From positions 1 through 61,607 of IMG/VR virus record IMGVR_UViG_3300048029_000244: a stretch of DNA of 61,607 nucleotides; one strand, written 5' to 3'. The position numbers were made by a program, and so were the translations under genes. Positions 1-8,558 of the stretch are shown in pieces; positions within the stretch are counted from its first letter, which is position 1; the number at the start of each line of letters is the position of its first letter. Source of the DNA: a virus (lineage: Duplodnaviria > Caudoviricetes). The notes under the pieces are model-generated. The model did no database searches. It saw nothing but the letters and a program-made list of their open reading frames with translations, and was not told where the DNA came from.

Positions 1-65
1 GAGCAGCAAGTGATATAACAGTTGGTATTGAAACATCGCCTTGTGGACAATCATATACTAACGCT
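1..65. repeat. 65-nt exact direct repeat of the window end (61543-61607); circular-assembly overlap
   Basis: gagcagcaag...tatactaacgct is identical at both ends, and the reading frame continues across the junction. Confidence 0.97.
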
Positions 66-302
66 TGGACTATAGAAGAAACTGAAACTATATCAGCTTC
101 AGCAGATGACGACCACCATGTATTTCATTTTGCTTTTGATAATGCAAAACATTTTGAGTCTACAGATAAAATGGCACTATCAATACAGCAATCTGTTGAT
201 TTGCAAAACGCTAATAGATTTTTTTGGGTAACAGCAGTAATAGAATATAACTGGTCAACCTATTTAGGTGGAACTAGCGCTGAATATCCAACTACACCTT
301 AA
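1..302 (+). CDS. C-terminal part of the tail fibre that begins at 58386 (wraps the junction)
   Basis: Frame 3 is open from the start to TAA at 300-302 (AASDITVGIETSPCGQ...EYPTTP), in frame with 58386-61607. Confidence 0.9.
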   Translation, partial: AASDITVGIETSPCGQSYTNAWTIEETETISASADDDHHVFHFAFDNAKHFESTDKMALSIQQSVDLQNANRFFWVTAVIEYNWSTYLGGTSAEYPTTP

Positions 303-308
303 TTTTAT

Positions 309-316
309 TATCTTTG
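309..316 (+). promoter_or_regulatory. Bacteroidota-type -7 promoter element TATCTTTG, 4 nt before ATG
   Basis: TATCTTTG-TAAT-ATG(321) matches the TAnnTTTG consensus. Confidence 0.75.
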
Positions 317-320
317 TAAT

Positions 321-590
321 ATGTCAAAAACATATAAAATAAAAAATTTAAAAACAACGCCTACTAATTTAAGAGAGGGATCGACTTTAGAGTCTATGTA
401 TGTTTGTAATACAACTGCTACAGATCAAACGTTTACAATGTTGTTAGACGATTCTTATGTATACAAGGATGTGGTTATTCCTCCGTACGTAAGTTTGGTA
501 TTAGAAGGCGTAATTTATTATAGTACTAACGAAATATCTATCACATCTGGTAATGCAGACAGTATAGATGTAATTTATACATTAAAGTAA
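321..590 (+). CDS. Small beta-rich hypothetical virion-associated protein
   Basis: 89-aa ORF directly after the tail fibre, with its own promoter motif. Confidence 0.6.
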   Translation: MSKTYKIKNLKTTPTNLREGSTLESMYVCNTTATDQTFTMLLDDSYVYKDVVIPPYVSLVLEGVIYYSTNEISITSGNADSIDVIYTLK

Positions 591-721
591 TGCCAAAGAA
601 AGTATCATGGACATGGGGCGGTAAAAAACATTACGGCACATTCATTAGAGAAACAAAAGATAAAATTTACGCAAGAACTGTAAATGGTAAAGTAAAAACA
701 ATACATAAAAAAAAGAAATAA
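590..721 (+). CDS. 43-aa basic peptide (MPKKVSWTWGGKKHYG...KKKK), not in the ORF track
   Basis: TAATG overlaps at both ends; fills the gap exactly. Confidence 0.75.
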   Translation: MPKKVSWTWGGKKHYGTFIRETKDKIYARTVNGKVKTIHKKKK

Positions 722-987
722 TGCCCGCAAAAAAAGATCCTAGACTTGCAAGAGCTGGAGTTTCTGGTTACAACAAACCAAAACGTACTCCTAAACACAA
801 AACAAAGTCACACATAGTTGTAGCTAAAGAAGGCAATAAAATTAAAACAATAAGGTTTGGTCAACAAGGTAAAACTGGTGACAGAACTATGACTAAACGC
901 GCTAAATCATTTAAAGCAAGACATGCGAAGAATATTAAAAAAGGCAAGATGTCTGCTGCTTACTGGGCAAATAAAGTAAAATGGTAA
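721..987 (+). CDS. Highly basic conserved phage protein (DUF6321-like)
   Basis: K/R-rich, with IRFGQQG and SAAYWANKVKW motifs typical of this family. Confidence 0.7.
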   Translation: MPAKKDPRLARAGVSGYNKPKRTPKHKTKSHIVVAKEGNKIKTIRFGQQGKTGDRTMTKRAKSFKARHAKNIKKGKMSAAYWANKVKW

Positions 988-1223
988 ATAAATTTAAAAA
1001 TATAGGTAAAGACAAGTATAAGCATGCTGTAGCAGGAATTATATTTGCATTAATATTTACAGAGATGGGTCTATCATCAACTAATGTTTTTTTATTGGTG
1101 TTAGCAGTTGGTGTATCTAAAGAAGTATATGACTATTTAGATTACGGTAAGTTTGATAAATGGGATGTATTAGCTACAATAGCTCCAGTATTATTGTATT
1201 ATGTTTTAAATTCAATAATATAA
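981..1223 (+). CDS. Small membrane protein (DKxxH...KE..D, VanZ/YfiM-like)
   Basis: DKYKHAVAG, hydrophobic segments, KEVYD, WDVLAT. Confidence 0.55.
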   Translation: MVNKFKNIGKDKYKHAVAGIIFALIFTEMGLSSTNVFLLVLAVGVSKEVYDYLDYGKFDKWDVLATIAPVLLYYVLNSII

Positions 1224-1459
1224 TGCCTGATAAAAAATCTAAATATTATTACGATTATACAAGAAATATGAGTGACGATAAAATAAAAAACAATAAATGT
1301 TGTAAACCAATTTGCGATAATCCTGATTGCAAATGCGAAGAAAAACCATTTGATACGTCTAAATGGAAAGAAAGTGTACGCAAACTTAATAAGTCAAAGT
1401 TTGATAAGTTTAAAGACACTTTAAAAGGATATACATATTGGTTAAACTTTTTAAATTAA
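1223..1459 (+). CDS. Hypothetical protein with a Cys cluster (CCxxxCxxxxCxC)
   Basis: Probable start is the TAATG-coupled ATG at 1223 rather than 1160. Confidence 0.6.
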   Translation: MPDKKSKYYYDYTRNMSDDKIKNNKCCKPICDNPDCKCEEKPFDTSKWKESVRKLNKSKFDKFKDTLKGYTYWLNFLN

Positions 1460-1463
1460 TATT

Positions 1464-1538
1464 ATGGGATACGGTATGAAAAAGTCTTATGGTAAAATGA
1501 AGCCAAAGAAAAAAAAGACTACAAAGAAAAAAAAATAG
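1464..1538 (+). CDS. 24-aa lysine-rich peptide MGYGMKKSYGKMKPKKKKTTKKKK, not in the ORF track
   Basis: ATG 1464 to TAG 1536-1538, overlapping the next GTG start. Confidence 0.6.
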   Translation: MGYGMKKSYGKMKPKKKKTTKKKK

Positions 1539-2005
1539 TGAAACTACAGGTTGTTAGGTTTAGTTCTAGTGTAGAATCTACATCAGGAGCTTTGTATGTA
1601 TTAGAGGAGGAAGGGCGTAAATTTTTATGTTACACTCTTGAAGATGAACACAGAGACATTAAACTTCGTGGTGAGACTCGTATACCTGCTGGTACTTATA
1701 AGATTGAGTACCGCACAGAAGGTGGCTTTCACGCTAAGTACAGCAAAAGGTTTCAAGATATACACAAAGGAATGCTTCACATCACTGACGTTCCTAATTT
1801 TGACTATATCCTTATTCATTGCGGAAACACAGACAAGCATACCGCTGGTTGTCTCTTGGTGGGGGACACCCAACATAACAACATGGTACAAAAAGAAGGG
1901 TTCGTTGGTCAGTCTACGTTGGCTTACAAAAGAATTTATCCTATTATTGCTAAAGCTTTGGATAAAGGTGAAGAGGTTTATATAACGTATACAGACTTTG
2001 ATTAA
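1538..2005 (+). CDS. DUF5675-family putative endolysin (L,D-transpeptidase-like)
   Basis: CYTLED, TRIPAGTY and ILIHCGNTxxHTAGCLLVG motifs; near a holin. Confidence 0.8.
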   Translation: MKLQVVRFSSSVESTSGALYVLEEEGRKFLCYTLEDEHRDIKLRGETRIPAGTYKIEYRTEGGFHAKYSKRFQDIHKGMLHITDVPNFDYILIHCGNTDKHTAGCLLVGDTQHNNMVQKEGFVGQSTLAYKRIYPIIAKALDKGEEVYITYTDFD

Positions 2006-2014
2006 ATAATTTAA

Positions 2015-2022
2015 TATCTTTG
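2015..2022 (+). promoter_or_regulatory. TAnnTTTG promoter, 4 nt before ATG
   Basis: TATCTTTG-CAAT-ATG(2027). Confidence 0.75.
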
Positions 2023-2026
2023 CAAT

Positions 2027-2413
2027 ATGGCAAGTTCTATTTCTTTAACAGGTAAAAATTCTTTTGTTGCTACAGATACTGGCATCAATAAAGAATTATT
2101 TAATTTTAACATAAATTTAAATAACAGTATAACAAGTGAAGCTGTTTTGTCTGGTGAAATAAATTTAGTTGATAATACTCCTGTAGTTATAAATCAAAAA
2201 ACCCCTGGCATAGGCCATTATATTTATGTAGAAGTTGTAGATGACCCTAGTAATGTAGGCGTAACAATGATGTATGGAAGCACACCTATATCTACTATGT
2301 ATTTAGGAGAAATTATGTTTTTAAAACTTAGAAATACATCTGATATAAAATTAAAACAAAACACAACAGGAGCGCAATCTACTACTGCTAAGTATTTTTT
2401 AATTGAATGGTAA
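2027..2413 (+). CDS. Beta-rich hypothetical structural protein
   Basis: 128-aa ORF similar in layout to the next gene (SGEI/SGVI; C-terminal YFLIE/YLLIE). Confidence 0.6.
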   Translation: MASSISLTGKNSFVATDTGINKELFNFNINLNNSITSEAVLSGEINLVDNTPVVINQKTPGIGHYIYVEVVDDPSNVGVTMMYGSTPISTMYLGEIMFLKLRNTSDIKLKQNTTGAQSTTAKYFLIEW

Positions 2414-2414
2414 T

Positions 2415-2804
2415 ATGGCAAAAACTTATAATTTAAAAGCAGAAGGTACATTTACTATAACAGACAACAATGGTTTAGTAATACAAAATTTAATAGATAG
2501 TCATACATTTTCTACTATTACATCAGACACTATACAAAGTGGTGTTATAAGTATAGTTTCAGGAGCTAGTGAACAGCTTAACATAAAGCCAATAGGAAAT
2601 AGAACTATATTATTTTGCAAAAACAATAACACGTCTACTGGTACAATTAGGTTATCTATTGATGATGGATCGACAGCTATTATATCTCTTAGTCCGCAAG
2701 AATGGTGTTTTGTTCCCTTAGATAAACCTAGTCCTAACATGGATGTGTTTGCTTTAGCTGCTGATGCTGACGGAAGTTTAACGTATTTATTGATTGAGCA
2801 ATAA
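2415..2804 (+). CDS. Beta-rich hypothetical structural protein, probable paralogue of 2027-2413
   Basis: Likely start MAKTYNLK at 2415; shared motif pattern. Confidence 0.6.
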   Translation: MAKTYNLKAEGTFTITDNNGLVIQNLIDSHTFSTITSDTIQSGVISIVSGASEQLNIKPIGNRTILFCKNNNTSTGTIRLSIDDGSTAIISLSPQEWCFVPLDKPSPNMDVFALAADADGSLTYLLIEQ

Positions 2805-3054
2805 AATTCCTATATGGTTATCTACATGGTATTTTATAGATTCTAAAAGAAAAAGAACCTATAAAGTGTCTGACGTATTTGTAAAAGGAGAAAGTGTTAA
2901 GGAGGTTATGAACAATAAAATGTTAGTAAATAAATTTACAGCACTTGCAAATAAACGCAACAAAAGAGTAAAATTGTTATTGAACAAAGTCACACTAGAC
3001 TCACAACACGGTTATGGCCCTAGATATGATGACGAGAAACTTTTTACAAAATGA
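2794..3054 (+). CDS. Hypothetical protein
   Basis: 86-aa ORF overlapping its neighbours in the operon. Confidence 0.55.
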   Translation: MSNKIPIWLSTWYFIDSKRKRTYKVSDVFVKGESVKEVMNNKMLVNKFTALANKRNKRVKLLLNKVTLDSQHGYGPRYDDEKLFTK

Positions 3055-4346
3055 ACTCTAATGATAAATCTATAATAGAAAAAATAAAGAAGTATCTATT
3101 AGCAAACCCTGAAAAATTAAACAGCGACTACGCACAAACTGCTAAATTATTTGAATCTAATTATGAAGCTGTTAGAGGTGTAGCTCGTAGACTTCGCAAT
3201 AAATTAACACCTACAAATAAAAATGAGAAGACCTCGTTTACAGAAAACAAAGATGGTGCTGTTGTTACATGTGAAGACAGTAAAAGAGTCAAAAGTCTGG
3301 AAGACCTTCTCAAAGCTTGTCATGTAGACACAAACGTTTGGGAAGTAGAAAAGTACGATATAGGTACTTATGAAGTTACAGGTTTTGATAAAGCTAAAAG
3401 ACCTATAACAATACCAATGTATAGGACGAAAGCATGGTTAAAAAAAATAAACCCATTACAAAACATAGTAAAAATAAGAGAGGAGCTAGTTGAAGACTTG
3501 ACTCCTCTTTTTGTATCTACCACAAAATATATTATACGTCCAGACAGCTATAAAGATGACGACCCGCATTTATTAGAAATTAATGCATTTGACTTACATC
3601 TTGGTAAAATAGGTATAGACGGTGACGATTATAGTTTAGACATAGCTAGACAAAGAATGATAGACGCATTGACACATCTTATCAAGCGAGCTAGCGGATA
3701 CTATATCAATCAAATATTATTTATAGTTGGTAACGACTTTCTAAACTCTGATGGTGATTGGCCTATAGTAAGCACAACAAAAGGTACTCCGCAATACAAT
3801 ACTGACAAAGGTATTGAAATATATAGGGCGGGAAGAAAGTTGATAGTAGAGTGCATACAAATGTTAGTAGAGTATGCAGACGTACATGTTTGTGTGATAC
3901 CAGGTAATCACGACAGAGAGTCTATGATGCATATAGGTGACGCTTTAGAGATGTTTTATGAAAACAACGAAAATGTCACGGTAGACAACAGTAACTCTAT
4001 GATGAAGTCTTTCGTATATGGACAGTGTCTTATAGTAAATGATCACGGTGACGGCCCTAAACTTAACGACTTACCAGGCATAGTGTCTCAGCGATATAGA
4101 GACATCTGGAGCGACGTTCGTTATGTTGAGGTACATAGAGGTCATTTACACACTAACAAAGCTTATAAGATGCAAGCAGTAGAAGAGCTTAACGGACTTA
4201 CAGTGCGTAATCTGTCTTCTATGTCTGCAACAGATGAGTGGCATGATCAAAAAGGCTATGTAGGTAATATCAAAAAAGCTAGTGCTTTTGTATGGAGCGC
4301 ATACAATGGCGTACAAGCTAAATTAAATTATAATGTAAAAGTATGA
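3051..4346 (+). CDS. Calcineurin-like metallophosphoesterase with an N-terminal HTH-like region
   Basis: DLH, GNDFLNSD, GNHD, HGD and GHLH metal-binding motifs. Confidence 0.85.
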   Translation: MNSNDKSIIEKIKKYLLANPEKLNSDYAQTAKLFESNYEAVRGVARRLRNKLTPTNKNEKTSFTENKDGAVVTCEDSKRVKSLEDLLKACHVDTNVWEVEKYDIGTYEVTGFDKAKRPITIPMYRTKAWLKKINPLQNIVKIREELVEDLTPLFVSTTKYIIRPDSYKDDDPHLLEINAFDLHLGKIGIDGDDYSLDIARQRMIDALTHLIKRASGYYINQILFIVGNDFLNSDGDWPIVSTTKGTPQYNTDKGIEIYRAGRKLIVECIQMLVEYADVHVCVIPGNHDRESMMHIGDALEMFYENNENVTVDNSNSMMKSFVYGQCLIVNDHGDGPKLNDLPGIVSQRYRDIWSDVRYVEVHRGHLHTNKAYKMQAVEELNGLTVRNLSSMSATDEWHDQKGYVGNIKKASAFVWSAYNGVQAKLNYNVKV

Positions 4347-4732
4347 GTATATTAGGTAAAATATTTAACAGTGGCGCTAAAGACTTAGTAGACAGCGTAG
4401 GCAATGCTATTGATAAGATACATACCTCAGCAGAAGAAAAAGAACTTGTAAAGAACGAAATAAACAAAGCCATTTATGAGTTTGAAAAAAGTATGCAGGT
4501 AGAAGTAACTAAACGTTGGGAAGCTGATATGAATGGTAACTGGCTTACTAGATCAATCAGGCCTTTATCTTTAGCATTTTTATTATTAGTGCTTACAGTA
4601 TTTACATTAGTAGACTTTGGCTACGTAGATATGGACATTAAAAATTCTTGGATTGACTTATGGCAACTATTAGCCATCACAGCTTTTGGTGCATACTTCG
4701 GAGGACGCTCGTACGAAAAAATTAAAAAGTAA
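4343..4732 (+). CDS. Holin (3TM/GTA-holin-like)
   Basis: RWEADM..WL..SIRP, two TM segments, C-terminal AYFGGRSYEK. Confidence 0.8.
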   Translation: MSILGKIFNSGAKDLVDSVGNAIDKIHTSAEEKELVKNEINKAIYEFEKSMQVEVTKRWEADMNGNWLTRSIRPLSLAFLLLVLTVFTLVDFGYVDMDIKNSWIDLWQLLAITAFGAYFGGRSYEKIKK

Positions 4733-4846
4733 TTATCTTTTGTAAGGACTTTTATTATACTCTTTTAATAATAAAGAATCAATCTTTTTTATCAGTCTTT
4801 CGTAGTACCTTTTTAGGTTTTTCAGTTTTTGTACCCTTGTTGCCAT
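4733..4846 (-). CDS. 37-aa basic hypothetical peptide, last gene of the minus arm
   Basis: MATRVQKLKNLKRYYER...; its stop abuts the holin stop. Confidence 0.4.
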   Translation of the reverse strand: MATRVQKLKNLKRYYERLIKKIDSLLLKEYNKSPYKR

Positions 4847-4872
4847 ATTTCTTTTTTAATTGATTAGCATAT

Positions 4873-5088
4873 CTAATTGCCGCTTTTATAATAGCTGTCT
4901 TTGATTGTTCCATGAAATGGTCTTGATTTTATTCCTGTTGATGTATTATATCCTGTGCTTGGGTAGTTATAACCAAACATCATTTCAAAAGCATAATCTT
5001 CTTTAATTACTTTAGGTAAATCTATATACCTAGTTTTTGGATCGTTTTCATCTACATATTTAATTATGCTTCTATTTACTCTACCCAT
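4873..5088 (-). CDS. Hypothetical protein
   Basis: ORF packed in the minus-strand operon. Confidence 0.6.
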   Translation of the reverse strand: MGRVNRSIIKYVDENDPKTRYIDLPKVIKEDYAFEMMFGYNYPSTGYNTSTGIKSRPFHGTIKDSYYKSGN

Positions 5089-5285
5089 CCTTCTCCTTCT
5101 TTATAATAAAATTTTAAGTTTAAATGTTCATCTACTTTTGAGTCTACATTAGGGGGAACACCTTCTATCACCCAATCGTGTGATATGTTATAAAGGTCTT
5201 CCACCCCTTTTTCTATAGCCTCTTCTAACTGGTCGTTAGACTTTATATAATATTCTACTTCTATTTTAATTTTAACATATGGCAT
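5076..5285 (-). CDS. Hypothetical protein
   Basis: Likely start MPYVKIK at 5285, coupled to the upstream stop. Confidence 0.55.
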   Translation of the reverse strand: MPYVKIKIEVEYYIKSNDQLEEAIEKGVEDLYNISHDWVIEGVPPNVDSKVDEHLNLKFYYKEGEGWVE

Positions 5286-5488
5286 TATTCCCAGGGTCTT
5301 GGTTTGCGTTTGACTGTGCCGTCTGGCCCACGTCTTATAGCTCCCCATCCTCCATGCTCTCTTATTTTGTTCATATATGTGTCACAACAAGTAGCTTCAG
5401 GATAATATGATTTACCGTCCATTACTTTGATAGTATAAGTAGATACAGTTTTTTCAGACTTACATTTACTACACACAAACTTTGACAT
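5285..5488 (-). CDS. Zinc-ribbon protein (FmdB-like)
   Basis: FVCSKC ... TCC pattern. Confidence 0.55.
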   Translation of the reverse strand: MSKFVCSKCKSEKTVSTYTIKVMDGKSYYPEATCCDTYMNKIREHGGWGAIRRGPDGTVKRKPRPWE

Positions 5489-5676
5489 TACAAATCTTCT
5501 TTTAATATGTTATAAATTTTAGGATCTAAATCCTTAATTTGTTTATAAATTTTCCTAGCTTCTCTTTTAGCTTCGTCTAATTTATACTTAGGAACGTCAA
5601 TTCCTGTTGCTTCATTTATTAAAATGTGAGCTTTGTATAACAGATTACTAGTTCTTTTTTTCATTCTCTTCATCAT
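5488..5676 (-). CDS. Hypothetical protein
   Basis: 62-aa ORF, translationally coupled. Confidence 0.55.
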   Translation of the reverse strand: MMKRMKKRTSNLLYKAHILINEATGIDVPKYKLDEAKREARKIYKQIKDLDPKIYNILKEDL

Positions 5677-5947
5677 TTATTGCTATTTTTAAAAGTACTA
5701 AATATCCTATTAAATCATCTACAGTATCCAAAGTATTTTTATTAATACCTTTATTTTTAATTCTCATTAGCTTATCATCTATCCTAGCTGATATACTATT
5801 TACTGCGTTAGCCTTGCTAAATATGTTAGCAGGTTTGGTAGCTGAGTCTCCGTATTGTTTGTTTTTTTTAAGTAAAAGTCTCAATACTTCTTCCATGTTT
5901 TTTTTGATAAGATACTGCGTATCTCCAGCGTGCTTACTTTGTTTCAT
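5648..5947 (-). CDS. Nucleotide modification-associated domain 1 protein (DUF1599/Nmad1)
   Basis: KKNKQYGDS, RIDDKLMRI and DTVDDLIGY signature. Confidence 0.8.
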   Translation of the reverse strand: MKQSKHAGDTQYLIKKNMEEVLRLLLKKNKQYGDSATKPANIFSKANAVNSISARIDDKLMRIKNKGINKNTLDTVDDLIGYLVLLKIAINDEENEKKN

Positions 5948-6200
5948 CTTTTAAAATTTCTAATTTAACATTCAATATAATATCCATCATAACATCATAA
6001 ACTTCTTCAAGCTCTTTGCTGTTATTCATTTCTCTAACGACATCTGTCTCGTATCTTCTAGACACATTAAGTAATGTATTAAACTTTTTCTTTAATACTT
6101 TATGATGTATACCTTTGATACCATATAGCTGTTCGTTAAAACACCTGAAGGTAGCTATAAGTAATGTTATGTCTACCTGTTGTTCTTTTGTTAACTTCAT
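5934..6200 (-). CDS. Hypothetical protein
   Basis: 88-aa ORF in the operon. Confidence 0.6.
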   Translation of the reverse strand: MKLTKEQQVDITLLIATFRCFNEQLYGIKGIHHKVLKKKFNTLLNVSRRYETDVVREMNNSKELEEVYDVMMDIILNVKLEILKDETK

Positions 6201-6202
6201 AA

Positions 6203-6460
6203 CTAATCTAATAATACCATATATGCCTCAGCATTGTTTCTTCTAAACCAACTTAAACCTTTTCTAAGGGCTTCAACTGATTCATCATCATACATACCTA
6301 ATTCCATTAAGGTAGTTGAACCCATTACAAAGTCATACATAGATAGTTCTATGTTGTTTAAATATATAGACTCGCCAGTGAAGCGATTAGATACTTCAGC
6401 TCCCTCACTGTACAATTCTCCTTCAAACCATTTTGGTAATTTTTGCTCTTTAGTTTTCAT
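6203..6460 (-). CDS. Conserved phage hypothetical protein
   Basis: NRFTGES...GLSWFR..N.EAYMVLLD pattern. Confidence 0.6.
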   Translation of the reverse strand: MKTKEQKLPKWFEGELYSEGAEVSNRFTGESIYLNNIELSMYDFVMGSTTLMELGMYDDESVEALRKGLSWFRRNNAEAYMVLLD

Positions 6461-6462
6461 AA

Positions 6463-6633
6463 TTAATCTTTTAAATATTCTCTAATTCTTGATTCACTTA
6501 GTTTTAAATTTTCTGCTATACGCTTTATACTCCAGCCTTGAAAGTTTAAAAATTTAGCAAGCATAGCCTTTTCTCTTGTGTCAGGTTTTATTATGTCTTG
6601 CCATTCTTTTGATATACTGTTCCAGTTTTTCAT
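6463..6633 (-). CDS. 56-aa HTH DNA-binding protein (sigma region 4/LuxR-like), not in the ORF track
   Basis: GWSIKRIAENLKLSESRIREYLK; ATGA overlap with the upstream gene. Confidence 0.7.
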   Translation of the reverse strand: MKNWNSISKEWQDIIKPDTREKAMLAKFLNFQGWSIKRIAENLKLSESRIREYLKD

Positions 6634-7019
6634 GATAATTTACTTTTTAAATGTTCTATAATGTTATTCATTTTACGTCTATAGTATAAGTCAAACTCTA
6701 CTATAGTTGATACGCCTTCTGGATTCATTTCTCTAGGCTGTTCCTTTTCCCACAGTCTATAGATTACATTACGCATTCTTTGACTTGGTGTTTTAGTTTC
6801 AAACTCAGCCTCCTGACCCGCAGTCTCTACTAAGTCTACCATTTCTTTTTGAACTGGCGATGTAGATATGACTATGTATCCAGGTTGCTTTAATAAACCA
6901 AAAAGTCTCGCCATTGTTTCAGGCGATAACTCAGGTGTTCCTAATGTTACTTTTAATGATGAGTCGACCATTGTTCTAATGCCGTCTACTCCTCCTTCAA
7001 ATACTACTGTGTTTTTCAT
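6630..7019 (-). CDS. Conserved phage protein in the recombination module
   Basis: KTPSQRMRNVIYRLW motif; adjacent to the exonuclease. Confidence 0.6.
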   Translation of the reverse strand: MKNTVVFEGGVDGIRTMVDSSLKVTLGTPELSPETMARLFGLLKQPGYIVISTSPVQKEMVDLVETAGQEAEFETKTPSQRMRNVIYRLWEKEQPREMNPEGVSTIVEFDLYYRRKMNNIIEHLKSKLS

Positions 7020-7023
7020 TGTT

Positions 7024-7848
7024 TTATTTATAAATATCTTCCGATGTTAATGTTACTAAATTTAATTCACCATTAAATTGCTCATACTTTTTTGGATAAT
7101 AGTTTTCAGCAATACACTGTTGATAAGTTTGCAGTAAACTATCTATGTGCAAGTTTGCTTCGTCCATAACAGACTTGTCTAACTCAAACATAGCTATTTC
7201 ATATGGCGCTTCTTTTTCTACTACAGCAAATACAAAACGTGCATCTGGACTTACCAGACCGTTAGCTTGTAATCCACGTAAATAAAATGCAGCCTGTCTG
7301 TCATAACCAAACTTTCTAATACTAGATGTAAAAGCAGATACAGACGTTGTAGTCTTTAAATCTACAACTAAGTCATCATTGTCTCTACGTAAATCTATAA
7401 GGCTCTTACATTTAATTACATGGTTTTTACCATTTTTATCTTGTACTTTTTCTTCCCATATATTTACAGACTCTGCTACACCTTTATTAGACGTAAACAA
7501 TTCAGACATAGTTTTGTTATCATAAACTGCATCTTTCATTGCTAGTATCCTAGAATATTGATCAGTTGTTATTACAACCTTGTCACCTGCTTTAGACATA
7601 TGATTAGCAAAGTCTTCTTTTCCAGCTTTAGTTCTTTTGTCAAGCTTAGGCATTACATAATATAAATCATCAAATTTATCAGACTCTAGCACTGCACAAT
7701 GAAATGCAGAGCCAAATGTCATAGCATCAGTCGGGACAGACTTTTTATCTATCTGAGACTTGAAATATGCAGGGCTTTGTTTTAACCAACTAAGCATTGA
7801 ATTTGTTACATGCTCTTTATCATCATAATAGTTCTCTTGTGTTATCAT
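7024..7848 (-). CDS. RecE/ExoVIII-like PD-(D/E)XK exonuclease (DUF3799-like)
   Basis: FGSAFHCAVLE, DKRTKAGK, VDLKTT, YDRQAAFY, FAVVEKEAPY. Confidence 0.85.
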   Translation of the reverse strand: MITQENYYDDKEHVTNSMLSWLKQSPAYFKSQIDKKSVPTDAMTFGSAFHCAVLESDKFDDLYYVMPKLDKRTKAGKEDFANHMSKAGDKVVITTDQYSRILAMKDAVYDNKTMSELFTSNKGVAESVNIWEEKVQDKNGKNHVIKCKSLIDLRRDNDDLVVDLKTTTSVSAFTSSIRKFGYDRQAAFYLRGLQANGLVSPDARFVFAVVEKEAPYEIAMFELDKSVMDEANLHIDSLLQTYQQCIAENYYPKKYEQFNGELNLVTLTSEDIYK

Positions 7849-7852
7849 AGTT

Positions 7853-8095
7853 TTAGTTTTGTTCTAGGTCTTGTTTTCTAAATTCTCTTTTATATAGTTC
7901 GTAGTTAGGCAAATCCTTAGCGCTACGCTCTATATCTTCGTGCAATTCGCAAATCTTTTTATACAAATCTTCATAATGTTCTGGTGTTTTATGTATGTTT
8001 TTCATTTGTTCTAATACATGTTCTACCACCATTATAGTATACTCCTGATTTGACAGTGCATCTAAATACGCTTTCTCTTTCTTTTTATTAAACAT
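7853..8095 (-). CDS. Hypothetical coiled-coil protein
   Basis: 80-aa ORF in the operon. Confidence 0.55.
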   Translation of the reverse strand: MFNKKKEKAYLDALSNQEYTIMVVEHVLEQMKNIHKTPEHYEDLYKKICELHEDIERSAKDLPNYELYKREFRKQDLEQN

Positions 8096-8558
8096 AATTA
8101 TACTTTAGTTCTTTATTAGTTTGTTTTAATTCTTTGATTTGTCTTTTTAGTTTGAACATTTCAGTTTTAATATCTTCTATTTCTTCTTTTTTAGAGGTAA
8201 TGTTTTCTCTAAGAACATTGTTAGATATTAATAATCTGTGTACTATGTCTGCGTGTTTGTCTTTATCATCTAAGTATGACTTAGCAAACGAGCTTGCAAC
8301 AGCATATGCATTAAAATAATCTTTGTATATCTTGCTTAGCTTATCATATTCTTTGACATGATATATAACAGAAGAATGGTCTCTGTTAATTAACTTGCCA
8401 CAATTATCTAAGCCTAAATCAAATACACGCCTTAATACATTAGACACTATTAGTCTGTGAAATACTAGCTCACGCTTTCTGCTCCTAGACATAAACTCTT
8501 TTTTACTTATGTTATGTTTAACTAAATAATCTTCTATAAACTTCTTTGCTTGTTTCAT
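8088..8558 (-). CDS. DnaA C-terminal (domain IV)-like HTH protein with a coiled-coil tail
   Basis: SRSRKRELVFHR...GKLINRDHSSVIY resembles the DnaA IV R...R...GxxxgRDHtTV.h motif. Confidence 0.7.
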   Translation of the reverse strand: MKQAKKFIEDYLVKHNISKKEFMSRSRKRELVFHRLIVSNVLRRVFDLGLDNCGKLINRDHSSVIYHVKEYDKLSKIYKDYFNAYAVASSFAKSYLDDKDKHADIVHRLLISNNVLRENITSKKEEIEDIKTEMFKLKRQIKELKQTNKELKYNYV

